Shown: positions 1 to 13,091, counted from the stretch's first letter. The stretch is 64,000 nt of DNA from Octopus vulgaris (GCA_951406725.2 OX597827.1:84010001-84074000), one strand, 5' to 3'. Translations and numbers: made by a program. The notes: generated by a model not told the origin, from the sequence alone.

Positions 1-42
1 AGGACTAGAACTGTTTCATTCAAGAGAAATCATCAGGAAGCT
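1..42 (-). ncRNA. Type I hammerhead ribozyme motif, truncated by the window edge
   Basis: The reverse complement reads agcttc-CTGATGA-tttctcttgaat-GAAA-cag-ttctagtc-ct, identical to 3343-3384. Confidence 0.65.
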
Positions 43-392
43 AGTTAACAAGAATTGTATTGGCATTTATACATTTAGGCAGGTTTAAAGGGGTGGTGGT
101 GGGGGACTTTTTGGGGGTAGGCATAGCGCAAAAATATCATACTTGGGGGAGTGGTCAAGGAGTCAGTGGTAAAATAGATAAAAGAATAAATAAAAGAATA
201 AATAAAATAAAAAAATAAAAAAATATATAGAAAAATATATAGAAGAATAGAGTTTTAGGTAAATAAGGAGATTCTCACTTATACATATACACATATGTAT
301 ATATATACACACACACGCACACATATACATACACACATACATACACACACACACACATATATATATACATATATGTATATATACACATATAT

Positions 393-431
<39 letters not shown>

Positions 432-586
432 CATATGCACACATATATACACACACATGTATATATACACACACGCCCACACATACATATACACACAAAA
501 AAATATATACATACACACACATACACATACACACATACACACACATATATCTACATACACACATGCACACACAAGTCCATATATAC

Positions 587-634
<48 letters not shown>

Positions 635-980
635 GTGTACCTATACATACCTACACATACACACATATACATACAAATACAAACCCATTCCCTAATTTTA
701 ATTTTATTATTATCTTCATTTATTACTTTTGTTATCTTTGACCGCGGGTCACAAGCATCTTGGCTACGACAGCAAGTCCATTTATCTTTCTACTCGAACA
801 CAAGCACTCACTCACGCACGCTCACTCATTAGCACGCACACTCACTCATTCGTACACTCATACACATACACGCACGCACGCGTTATATTCATACATACAT
901 ACATCTACATACATTCACATATATACACATACGTACGCGTACCTACAGATTCATGTCTACACGCTTAGAAGACTAGTCCA
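1..980 (-). mobile_element. Non-coding, microsatellite-filled interspersed element carrying a hammerhead ribozyme (copy A; cut by the window start, may extend to ~2900)
   Basis: Unique blocks 1-~200 and ~683-980 align colinearly with 7334-~7530 and ~7859-8150. In both copies they are separated by (TA)/(CA) tracts. No real ORF. Confidence 0.7.
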
Positions 981-1031
981 TACATATACACCAATAAATA
1001 TATACACACATACATATACACCTACATACAA

Positions 1032-1068
<37 letters not shown>

Positions 1069-1202
1069 CGTATATATACATACATATACATACACCCATA
1101 CATACATACATATATACACATACACACACCCACACATATACATATACATACATATACGCGCATACATACACATACATATACATACATATACTCATACACA
1201 TA

Positions 1203-1262
<60 letters not shown>

Positions 1263-1630
1263 CACACATACATACATGTACATACATACATATACATATA
1301 TACACACACATACATACACATATACATACACACACATACACATATACATGCGTACCCATATACACACACACACACGCGCATCCGTATATACACATAAGTA
1401 CACACATGCGTAAAAGTATACATATATCTATACATATGCTTACACATACACACACACGCGTCTCCTTATGTTCATATACTTACATGCATACTCAAAAAAT
1501 AAATAATAAAATATATATACGTGCAGTTATTCATATACATACATGCATACTCAAAAAATAAATAATAAATATTAAGTATATATTTACGTGCAGTTACCTA
1601 TTATACAGACGGATACATGCATATAAACTT

Positions 1631-1677
<47 letters not shown>

Positions 1678-1765
1678 CATACATATACATATACACACAT
1701 ACACACACACACATATATATATATATACTATATACACACACACATACATATACATACACACATAT

Positions 1766-1809
<44 letters not shown>

Positions 1810-1875
1810 GTGTGCATACATACATACATACTCATACACACACACACACTTACACATACATATATACACACACTT

Positions 1876-1920
<45 letters not shown>

Positions 1921-2092
1921 CACACATACACATACACACATATATCTACATATATACATACACATACACACACATACTCACACACACACATATATATACA
2001 TACATACACACACACATACATATATTATATACATATATATATATATACACATGTGTGTATACATACATACATACTCATACACACACACACAT

Positions 2093-2152
<60 letters not shown>

Positions 2153-2366
2153 GTATATACACATAAGTACATACATGCATAAATGTATACATATTTCTAT
2201 AGAGGTGCATACACATACATACGCTCACGCGCCACCTTATATACATAAATACATACATGCATACCAACGCATACTCAAGTAATAAATAATAAGTAATAAG
2301 TAATAAATAATAAGTATATATACATGCAGTTACCCTTTATACAGACGGGAACATTCATATAAACAT

Positions 2367-2430
<64 letters not shown>

Positions 2431-2556
2431 ACACACATATATACACATACACATATATATATATATATATTCATATACATATATACACCTATCTACATAT
2501 ATGCACACATACACACACACATGCATATACGTATAACTCTACATACCTACACATAC

Positions 2557-2641
<85 letters not shown>

Positions 2642-2763
2642 TATATACCCATCTACAATCTGTATATACACACACATACATGCACATACACATAACTCTA
2701 CATACCTACATATACATCGACATACTCGCGTACACTTATATATATATATATATACATATCCAC

Positions 2764-2796
<33 letters not shown>

Positions 2797-2844
2797 AATA
2801 CACACACACATATATACATATATATACACACACACACATACACG

Positions 2845-2902
<58 letters not shown>
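280..2902. repeat. Compound (TA)n/(CA)n/(TACA)n microsatellite field with internal duplications
   Basis: Seen directly. Short unique islands recur, e.g. gcatactcaa..aataaataataa..gcagtta at ~1486, ~1545 and ~2269, and cgtatatacacataagtac at ~1383 and ~2152. Confidence 0.95.
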
Positions 2903-2905
<3 letters not shown>

Positions 2906-3173
2906 AATTGAGGGTAAAGTTAATTAGTTATTAATCAATTTCACCAAGTATTCAGTATGTAAAAGGACCATTATTTTTGAGTAAACATTGTCTGAGAGAA
3001 ATTTTCTTTAAGTAGTGGAAATGGCTAAAAAACTTTTTTGGCTGCTATTTCTAGAAAGTTCAGTATGTGGCAAAGTAATTTATTTTACTAAGCCCTAATT
3101 ATATAATATTTTATATATACATACATATATATACACACATACATATACATATACATATGCATCCACACATATA

Positions 3174-3234
<61 letters not shown>

Positions 3235-3342
3235 TTACATACATACACACGCACACACACATAATACATGCGTATATTCCTACTATACCCATACATTTCT
3301 ATACATATATACATATACATGCCAATACAATTCTTGTTAACT

Positions 3343-3393
3343 AGCTTCCTGATGATTTCTCTTGAATGAAACAGTTCTAGTCCTGTAGAAGCT
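3343..3393 (+). ncRNA. Type I hammerhead ribozyme motif
   Basis: Stem I agcttc/gaagct (6 bp); core CTGATGA at 3349-3355; stem II ttc-tctt-gaa; GAAA at 3368-3371; stem III acag/ctgt; GUA cleavage triplet at 3385-3387. Confidence 0.8.
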
Positions 3394-3429
3394 CCTTCTA
3401 TATAATAAATATATATATATATATATATA

Positions 3430-4886
3430 TAACTTAAATATGTTTCAACCAAAGATTGGTCCAAGCCATATCTAACTTCGTAGCCCCACCTGATAGGATT
3501 ATCTAAATCCTTTTTAAGTCAAGTTTCGTGGTGTCGTGGTCCATTCGAGTAGGGAGTTCTTGTTGAGTGAACTGTATCTAGGTAAAGTTTCCGTTTAAAG
3601 GTGATGGGATCCTTTTCCTCTTTGATTTGTTTCGGGACAATGTTAAATAGGGCAGGGCCGATTGAGGAAAAGAAATTGTGTTACAGTGTATTTATGTGTT
3701 GTAATCTTGAATTGTGTAGGGGACGTATGGCCCGTGGTCCTAACCTTGGATGAATTTTCAAGCTAATGTTGAGGTTGTTTGGGCAATGCTGGTCGTATAT
3801 TCTCCACATCGTGTAAATGATGTATCACTCGCGGTGGCGCCGGAAAGAATAGAGTTTCAATGCTTTAAGGCGGTTCCAATAATCGAAATCAGTCATGCCC
3901 TTAATTCTTTTTGCGAACGATCTCTGGGATGATTCAATTTTCGAGATGTTTTGTTTTGTATGAGGAGACCACAGGGGGCAGCAGCATTCGAGGTATGGCC
4001 GTGCAAAGTAGGAGAAAAGAGGAATGATGACACCTTGTTCTCTGGACCGGAAGGATCTTAGGATCCAGGAGCTCATCTTACGAGCTATATCGACCTTAGT
4101 GTTGATGTGGGCACTCCAGCTAAGATTGTTATCAACAATTACTCCTAGGTCTCTGATATTATTACAGGCTGTGAGTGGTTCCCCTGAAGGAAGAGAGTAT
4201 GGTTGTTTTAGCATAGTCTTTCTTCCAAAATGCATCAGCTCAAATTTTCCCTCGTTTAAGTTGCATTTTGTTTCTGTCTGCCCATTGACTCACAGCATAT
4301 AGATCAGACTGGAGTTCAGTTCGGTCTTCTTCAGCGAATATTTTCACTTTGCTGTGTTTTATGACGCTAGAAAAGTCGTTTATATAGACTATAATGAGGA
4401 GCGGGCCCAAGACAGTCCGCCGAGGGGAACCACTGGTGACTTTTACCGGGCTTCAGTGGATTCCACCGATCACAAGATTTTGTGTTCTGTTCTCCAGGAA
4501 ATACTCAATCCGGTGTTGAAGTTCTCCACGGATTCCAACATTTGACAATTTTGACAGTAGGATATTATGGTCAACATTGTCGAACGCTTTACTGAAGTCA
4601 AGATATATGACATCAGAGCTCGAACTTGATCCCAAGGTTTTAAGGATATCATCGATGTGGTATAAGAGCTGTCCTATTCTTATTTGCAGATGAATGAAAC
4701 GCTTTTTGGTTCAGTTTGATTTTTTTTTATTACCCTGTTCCTCTGCAGCTCTTTGATTTTTCAATGCTGGTTTTCATGTTTTCCAACTCCAGCCTTTTCA
4801 TTGTTGTTGAATGTGGATGTTGCATGTGGGAGTATTTTGATTGATTGATTGATTTTTTTATTAAGTCTTTTGATGCGTCTGATGAG

Positions 4887-4960
<74 letters not shown>

Positions 4961-5563
4961 GGAGCCTGTTTCTGTTTGTGTAAATGGATTTCGTAGGAGC
5001 GTGTTTTGATCATGTATAGGTGACAATGTCCTCAAAGTGCTGCCATGTGGTTTCAGTGTCAGTGGAACTGAGAATGAAGGACCAGTCGATAAAGGACAGA
5101 TCCTTTCTGATTGATCCCCAATCCGCTTTGTGGAAGTTTATGTTGTCAAATAAGTGCAGTGGAGTTGGACTGGATGGTTTTGTTTTGATATGCCGGAAAT
5201 TAAACTTGCAGAGTATCATGTTATAATCCGAGAGGAGAGTTTTTCAACTGAAATACTATGAATGGAACTCGTGGTTTGTTAATATCAGATCTAAGATCGT
5301 TTTATTCTGTCTTGTTGGTTCGACCAGTAGCCGTGTCAGAGAAAAATTCATCCATTAGATTAAAGAGTAATTCTGCTGCTGCTTTGTCAGGTGTAGTGCA
5401 TTTGCCCCACTTCAGACTATATGTGAGCCAGTTTATTTAAGGGAAGTTAAGATTACCCGTCACCAGCATGTTTCCGGAGTTGTATTTCTGAAGGAAGGAG
5501 TTGATTTTGTTGCGGCATTTGTAGTGGATCTTGCAGGCATGGCGTGGATTCGATCCTCGATAG
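3430..5563 (-). mobile_element. Degenerate CR1-group LINE ORF2 (APE C-terminal part plus RT), 5'-truncated and internally deleted
   Basis: Minus-strand fragments LVTGNLNFP*INW (APE), NFHKADW, DVIYLDFSKAFDNVDH, TVLGPL, IFAEED (YADD position), RDLGVIVD and RPYLECCCPLWSPH. Many stops and frameshifts; ends at (TA)n. Confidence 0.85.
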
Positions 5564-6467
5564 CCAAATTTAAATTAACAGTCCAACGGCACTTTTCTCA
5601 CGGTAAAACTATAGTTTTTCTGTGAGTGACGGCAGTTACATTTACCAGATATCTTTGCTGGTCCGGAATAATGTCTTGGCCACTTGACTCTTCTGACCTC
5701 TTCTATTTCTAGAATAGAGATATCACAGACCTTCAACGAAATCTACTGCTCTCAACAATATGTCCATCTTTCTGGCTAATTGTGGATAGTTATAAAAACA
5801 AGAAGACAGGCAGGCGGTGGACCGGCTCCAGCAAAATGCTGTCTTGACTGAGGTAACTTCACAGAGTGACAACTATGGAATTAACCAGCGTAGAATCTGC
5901 TTCGTCCCACATTCTCTTGCTTTCATTAGCTCAATTTCTCTTCTCTGCAACATTATCATATCTCTCGCTAATACTACTATGAAATTGTGTACACCCATAT
6001 ACAGGCCGGAATTAACTTTCTTTACTTTGCATGCTTTACGAACTGTGTCATATACTATTACACTAGCCTAGCCGTCGTGGTATGGCATATATCAAAGAAA
6101 CGGCAAATAAGTATCTCTTTACAACTTCATTCACTGTTCTTCCTTCATCTTACATAATGGCAATCAACTAACAACAAACCATTACAATTTGATGACCCTC
6201 GACTTCAACGAAGAACCAACCGTAACAAACTGGTGACATCTCCGATGTTCCATCCTATTGCTTATCAATTATTGTTTGCCAATTAATTTCTGCCGTTACA
6301 CATTCTTCAAAGCACTTTAGAGATGCTTGGGGAGGCCTGTAGAGAGCAACAATGATTATGTCGCGTTGGCCTTGTTGAATAGGGATTTGGGTTCACAGTA
6401 GCCATAGGAAAATATGTCCTTGGCATCAGCTGAAAAGGAGTCATGGAGAAAGACGGTTGTTCCTCCT

Positions 6468-6514
<47 letters not shown>

Positions 6515-6982
6515 ATGGACTCTCCCGTCATTAGACGACGTATGAGGGTCTGGCAATTTCTTGCCGAACAACCACACAGATGATTTGTTTGTGTACGCAT
6601 AAACTCCCTCCCTCCATCAAATCGACATTACCTGTACAGATGTACTATGTGCCACATGTCAGATGATGAAATTATTGCTTCATAGCTACTAGAATATTAT
6701 CTGAGAGAAATTTTCTTAAAGTAGTAAATGGCTAAAAAAAATTTTTTGGCTGCTATTTCTAGAAAGTTCAGTATGTGGCAAAGTAATTTATTTTACTAAG
6801 CCCTAATTATATAATATAATATTTTGAATTCGCCTTAAATGGTCCTTTTACATACTGAACACTACTTGGTGAAATTGATTAATAACTAATTAATTTTTAC
6901 CCTCAATTGTTGATATTTGTTTTGTTTGTTTTTGTTTTTCCAGTTTCAGCTCTTGAGCTGTGGCCATGCTGGGGCACCGCCA

Positions 6983-7145
6983 TTGTGGTGAAAGAGTACA
7001 GCAGGGATCACCACCCCCTGCCGGAGCCTCGTAGAGCTTTTAGGTGTTTTCGCTCAATAAACACACACAACGCCCGGTCTGAGAATCGAAACCGCGATCC
7101 TGCGACCGCGAGTCCGCTGCCCTAACCACTAGGCCATTGCGCCTC

Positions 7146-7146
<1 letters not shown>
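6983..7146 (-). mobile_element. tRNA-derived SINE (partial), same family as 47390-47745
   Basis: Minus strand gaggcgcaatggcctagtggttaggg (A-box-like) ... ggtttcgattc (B-box-like). The body aligns to 47392-47527. Confidence 0.75.
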
Positions 7147-7238
<92 letters not shown>

Positions 7239-7241
<3 letters not shown>

Positions 7242-8146
7242 GGTCCCGGGTTGATTCGGGGTTAACCACAGTAAGTAAGGTACTCAATACATAGCAGAGT
7301 AAAATTAATTTATTATATAGAAGGAGCTTCTACAGGACTAGTACTGTTTCATTCAAGAGAAATCTTCAGGAAGCTATTTAACAAGAATTGTATTAGCATT
7401 TATACATTTAGGCAGGGGTTTAAAGGAGTGGTGGTGGGGGACTTTTTGGGGGTAGGCATAGCGCAAAAATCATACTTGGGGGAGTGGTCAAGGAGTCAGT
7501 GGTAAGTTAGATGAAAGAATAGATAAATAAAAAAATAAAATAAAAAAATAAAAAAATAAAAAAATAAAAAATATATATTCATACGCACATACACTCATGC
7601 ACACACAACACACCTAGTTCCCTATATACACATATTTACACCTATATATACATACACCCACATACACTTATGCACACATATATATATATATAAACATATA
7701 CACGCATACATATATATACATGTGTGCACATACATACATACACACATATATACATACACATACACATACACATGTGTACCTATACATACCTACACATACA
7801 CACATACATACATACAAATATACGTATACATATATATATATATACAATCCAATACAGGCCCATTCCCTAATTTTAATTTTATTATCTTCATTTATTACTT
7901 TTGTTATCTTTGATCGAGCTAAGAATCCTGGCAATGGCTGCATGTCCATTTGTCTGTCTACTAGAAGGCAAGTACTCATTCCCGCACGCACACTCATTAG
8001 CGCGTACATTCACCCATTCGTACACTCATACACATACACGTACGCACGCGTTATATTCATACATACAAGCATCTACATACGTTCACGTATATACACATAC
8101 GTACTCGTACCTACAGATTCGTGTCTACACTTTAGGAGGCTGGTCT

Positions 8147-8150
<4 letters not shown>
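7239..8150 (-). mobile_element. Non-coding, microsatellite-filled hammerhead-bearing element (copy B)
   Basis: Colinear homology with 1-980; flanked on both sides by (TA)n; hammerhead about 85 nt from its left end. Confidence 0.7.
7325..7375 (-). ncRNA. Type I hammerhead ribozyme motif
   Basis: Minus strand agcttc-CTGAAGA-tttctcttgaat-GAAA-cag-tactagtc-ctg-TA-gaagct. It differs from the 3343 copy only at core position 7 and in loop III. Confidence 0.8.
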
Positions 8151-8202
<52 letters not shown>

Positions 8203-8321
8203 ATCTTGCAGGCATGGCGTGGATTCGATCCTCGATAGAAATACTTTGGAATTCATATTTACAAATATATATATATATATATAGATAGATAGATATAATG
8301 TGTGTGTGTGTGTAGGGGGGT

Positions 8322-8635
8322 GAAGACGCATGGATCAGTGGTTAGAGAGTCGAGCGTGAGGTTGTGAGTTGGATTCCCGGACCTGGCTGGGTGTTGTGTT
8401 CTTGAGCAATACACTTTATTTCACGTTGCTCCAGTTCACTCAACTGTAGGAATGAGTTGCGACATCACTGGTGCCAAGCTGTATCGGCCCCTTTGCCTTT
8501 CCCCTGGATAACATCGGTGGTGTAGAGAGGGGAGGCGACTGCTGGTCTTCCATAAACAACCTTGCCCGGACTTGTGCTTGGGAGGGTAACTTTATAGGTG
8601 CAATCCCATGGTCATTCATGACCGAAGGGGGCTAT
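8322..8635 (+). mobile_element. tRNA-derived SINE, same family as 30027-30262
   Basis: Head gcatggatcagtggttagag...gagttggattcccgg. The body and tail (ggcgactgctggtcttcc, catggtcattcatgaccgaagg) are shared in reverse complement with 30027-30262. Confidence 0.7.
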
Positions 8636-9020
8636 CTCCTTCATATATGTGTGTGTGTGTTTCATAGCTGCTAGAATTTAAAACATGTAAACGAGTTATC
8701 CTGATGAGCACGAAATATCATCCGAAACTAGTAGTACGAGTGTCGCACAGTGTTTAATATAACCTTTAAAATTTACATACCTACCCACACACTCACACCT
8801 CTCTCTTTATCTCTATTATGCACTCTCTATACCTCTTTACTCTCTTTACATCTCCACTCTCTGCAAGAGCGCTTACTTCTTTCCATCTTTCCTCTCTAGT
8901 TTCTAATATTTTTTCCTTTCCATTTCCATCTACTTTTCACTCTCCGTTCGTCTGGCTATTGGATGACTTCTCAGAATTTTTCTGTCTTGCACCGTACCAC
9001 ACTTCTAATCTGTCTGTCTT

Positions 9021-9067
<47 letters not shown>

Positions 9068-9339
9068 ATCTGTTTGTTTGTGTATCTAATACGTTCGTTC
9101 TCTCTCTTTATCCACTACCCCACTGTCTGTCTGTCTGTCTCTCTCTCTCGTTGACTTTCGCTTTTTCTTTTACTTACTCCCAACGCAGCCACTTCTTTTT
9201 CTTATTAAATTTAGTGAAAAAAAATCTAACACGTAATTCAGCGTTTTATATATTAAAATTATTCCCATGCTTTATAATGACCACATCCAGAAATCAAAGC
9301 AATCCACAAGAGGAAATGATGGAGTTGATGAAGTCCACG

Positions 9340-10128
9340 TTTTGTCGACTCCACACTATAGCACGGTCCGCTGGGCAACGTCTGAGAGGAAAACTGCACC
9401 ATGACGCAATTCACTCAGCCAGAAATTTGGAAACGACATGCCGGAAGTTCCAATACGAACATTTCAGTGTGTTTGAGTGTCAATCTGAGGACAATGCATC
9501 TACCGAGAGTGATAAACATCAAACATCCAGTCAGCATCATGGTGTTTGGAGTGATCACTATAGTGATGGGAATATTATGCCACTATTCGTCTTCCCACGC
9601 GGCATCAGACTTAACACGGAAGCCTACATCAAGTGCCTGGAGGAGGTAGTACTGCCCTGGCTCAAGAGAGTGGCTGTTGGAAGACCCTATGTCTGACAAC
9701 AGGACTCCGCACCATGTCACACAAGCAGGAGAATCCAGTCATGGCTGTCAGACAATTTCTGTGACCACATCACTCCTAACATCTGCCAACTAATACCCCA
9801 GACTGCAACCCTCTTGATTATTATGTGTGGGGCACAATTGAGCGAGAGACCAACAAAACTCCTTGTAACACCAAAGATGAACCGAAGACAAGAATTATAG
9901 AAGCATTTACCAACTTAAACAAGGAGACCATCCAGAAGAATTGTAGGAGATTCCAAAGTCGTCTGGAGGCCATGGTTGAAATCAATGGCGATTTTATTGA
10001 ATAAATTTACTCTTTAGTATTTCAAGATATTTTTGTGTAATTTTGGTAAATATATCTGTTAAAATGAGATGTCAGTGTTATTTTCATTTTTGCGTAATTT
10101 AAAGGACAGTTTATTCACCGCACCCTAT
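9340..10128 (+). mobile_element. Tc1/mariner-superfamily (maT/DD37D-like) transposon remnant, internally deleted
   Basis: Fragments MTQFTQPEIWKR, KHPVSIMVFGVI, YV*QQDSAPCHTS, PDCNPLDYYVWG and RLEAMVEINGDFIE. Right terminus ttattcaccgcacccta-ta. Confidence 0.85.
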
Positions 10129-11268
10129 ATATATTAATGAAACACACACACACAGCTTCTCTCTCTCTCTCTCTCTCTCTCTCTCCCCTCCCTTTCTCTC
10201 TCTCTCTCTCTCTCTACATATATGCTTATGAAACAGATTGATATTTTACGCACAGATGTATTTATGTAAAACCCATTTATATATTTTCAAAATACACATA
10301 TTTACGAAACACTTATAGTCATAAAACACATATACACGCAACCGACATATTCATGTAATACACACATATATTTATGTAACACGCTCGTATATTTTTACGT
10401 TCCTTATAAATGTATTCGGCCAACAGCCAGATCAGGTTCGAACACTCATAATCCATTGTACATACAACTAACACCAACACTTTTAATAGTTGGGTTTCAA
10501 AACCAAATAAGGTACTAAATAGTTATGTGGACTTCTTTTCACCCGCTTCATTTCCATCCAAACTAACAATTAGTTTTAGTATTTGGGTCTTGCTATGTTT
10601 CAACTATTGTGTTTGTCATGTAGTACCATGTATTGTAATATATATTACCTTTTAATATGGTATCTGACGATCACACTCCTTCATAAGCAGGCCAACAGAG
10701 CAGAACTACCTTAAATTTGGTGTTCATCTAGAGCAGCTACGTCGTTAAGTTCGCTGTAGAAGTCGGCATCCTGAGATTTGTTTAGTCTTTTACAAAAAAA
10801 TAATAATAAATAGAAAAAAGAAAAAAACCGAGAAACTGCGTCCGACGAAGAAAGCGTTCTTTCAACGCTTCGAGCGAAATCATTTCGATTGACGAAATTG
10901 AGTTGCATAAAAACTATGGCCTCTTCTTAGCAGTGAGCGTTCAGCATCGAAGACAAATGCAATTTGTTTGAAATGATAATTAGAGCAAACAGTTGAATGG
11001 TGTTTCTGGTTGGATTGAGTGGAAAGTTGATTGGTGAGCAGACGGAGCTTGTTGGATGTGTTGATAAAACGATCGTCATAGAGTTTGTTAGTGAGAAAGT
11101 GGGGAGGAAATAGCGGTGGTAAGTGATGCCCCAATCCGCCGTATTCTCTGTTACAAATCATAAAACCCCATTGATCGAACATATCTGTCTGATATCCCAT
11201 TGATGAAATTTGACAACTAAACGCTACTCCGTAGCCACTACCATTTAACCACACACACACACGCGCGC

Positions 11269-11337
<69 letters not shown>

Positions 11338-11504
11338 CTCTCTCTCTCTCACTCTCACTTACTCACTGTCGCTGAAAATGGTATTCAAAGTTTAGTGTTC
11401 CCTGAAATTCCATTCTGAGCCGGAAAAGTTTTGTTTTCCTTGGGAACAGTACAAACATGGCCAATACGCATCAACCTTTCCACTTTCTACTTAATGTTAT
11501 GCAA

Positions 11505-12120
11505 GAATCGTTAGCACGCTGGGCGAAATGCTTAGCGGTATTTCGTCTGTCTTTATGTTCTGAGTTCAAATTCCGCCGAGGTCGACTTTGTCTTTCATCC
11601 TTTCGGGGGTCGATAAATTAAGTACCAGTTACGCACTGGGGTCGATATAATCGATTTAATCCGTTTATCTGTCCTTGTTTGTCCTCTCTGTGTTTAGCCC
11701 CTTGTAGGTAGTAAAGAAATAGGTATTTCTTTACTACCCACAAGGTCGACTTTGCCTTTCATCCTTTCGGGGTTGATAAATTAAGTACCAGTTGCATACT
11801 GGACTCGATCTAATTGACTGGCCCCTACCTCAAAATTTCAGGTCTTGTGCCTAGAGTAGAAAAGAATATTCGAGTTAGTATTATCAAATTTAATGCTGGA
11901 AATATCAAATATTAGTTTCAAATTTTGTCAACAGACCAGCAGGTTTAGGGAAAGGCTGTCGATTGCATCGATCCCCATTGTTCAACTGGTACTTATTTTA
12001 TCGAAAGAATGAAAGTCAAAGTGGACCCCGACAGAATATGAACTCAGAACGTAAAGACGGACGAAATGCTGCCGAGCATTTTGCCCGGCGTGCTAACGAT
12101 TTTGCCAGCTTGCCGCCGCC
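11505..12120. mobile_element. Cluster of an abundant SINE family: two plus-strand copies and one inverted copy
   Basis: Recurring gttctgagttcaaattccgccgaggtcgactttgcctttcatcctttcgggg..gataaattaagtaccag. Reverse-complement copy at ~11920-12120. Confidence 0.8.
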
Positions 12121-12153
12121 GTGGGAGCGTTAAATATTGAAGACATTTATAAT

Positions 12154-12314
12154 AGGCGCAGGCATGACTGTATGGTAAGAAGCTTGCTTCCAAACCAATG
12201 GTTCTGGGTTCAGTCCCTTACGTGGCACCTTGGTCAAATGTCTTCTACTATAGCCTCGAGCCGACCAAAGCCTTGTGAGTGGATTTAGTAGACGGAAACT
12301 GAAAGAAGCCCGTC

Positions 12315-12315
<1 letters not shown>
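12154..12315 (+). mobile_element. tRNA-derived SINE (third family)
   Basis: ggcgcaggcatgactgtatggtaagaagcttgcttcc...gggttcagtccc head, ending at (TA)n. A degenerate relative lies at ~56430-56580. Confidence 0.65.
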
Positions 12316-12357
<42 letters not shown>

Positions 12358-12559
12358 ACAAATGGTAGACACGGAAAATGGAATATACAAGAAACTTTAC
12401 AACGTTTTTCGTATGCTTCATTTTCCGTCTCTGTCATTTGTAAGTCCAACGATAATTGTCTGACTACCGTTGATGACGCCAGGTAGCCATTGGCAGTAGA
12501 TGTGCTTCATCGGCTAACTACTAGGAACATACCCAACATCTATATATATTCTTTTAGTT

Positions 12560-12760
12560 TTTTTGTTTTAGTCATTTGCATGCGGCCATGCTGGAGCACC
12601 GCCTTAGTCGAACAAATCAACCCCAGGACTTATTCTTTGTAAGCCTAATACTTATTCTATCGGTATCTTTTGCCGAACCGCTTAGTTACGGGGACGTAAA
12701 CACACCAACATCGGTTGTCAAGCGATGGAGGGGGGACAAACACACATAAACACAGACACA
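12560..12760 (+). repeat. Interspersed repeat, second copy at ~61580-61790
   Basis: Shared ttttgtttagtcatt..gcggccatgctgg(a/g)gcacc...gaac..cttagttac.gggac.taaa.acaccaaca...gggacaaa. Confidence 0.65.
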
Positions 12761-12797
12761 CAAATATATGTATATATATATATATATATGTGTGTGC

Positions 12798-12861
<64 letters not shown>

Positions 12862-12879
12862 ATGTATATATCTATATAT

Positions 12880-12914
<35 letters not shown>

Positions 12915-13051
12915 CATACATATATATATATATATATATAATCAGAATGAACATTTAACATTCTATTATTTTATTTTATTTTATTATATTATATTATCTT
13001 ATATCATTGTAAATAAAACGTGAAAATCAGACGAGGTTGGAATTCCTTTTA

Positions 13052-13091
<40 letters not shown>

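Noticed and set aside
163-3292. Many long Y/I/H/T/C/V-rich ORFs (also at 12657-13319, 16566-18495, 19221-19633 and 28576-28915)
   Set aside because: They are translations of dinucleotide and tetranucleotide microsatellites that lack stop codons; there is no coding signal.
7080-7146. tRNA-like sequence (also at the SINE heads near 8325, 12154 and 47390)
   Set aside because: These are SINE heads continuous with SINE bodies; no complete cloverleaf could be supported.
8818-9696. 292-aa ORF
   Set aside because: Chance read-through of CT-rich sequence into the maT remnant; only the last ~45 aa are in the transposase frame.
10848-10894. Hammerhead-like cgtc-cgacga...gaaa-tc..gat-t-gacg with the hairpin aagcgtt/aacgctt
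   Set aside because: The core lacks U4 and the base of stem II is irregular; too degenerate to call.
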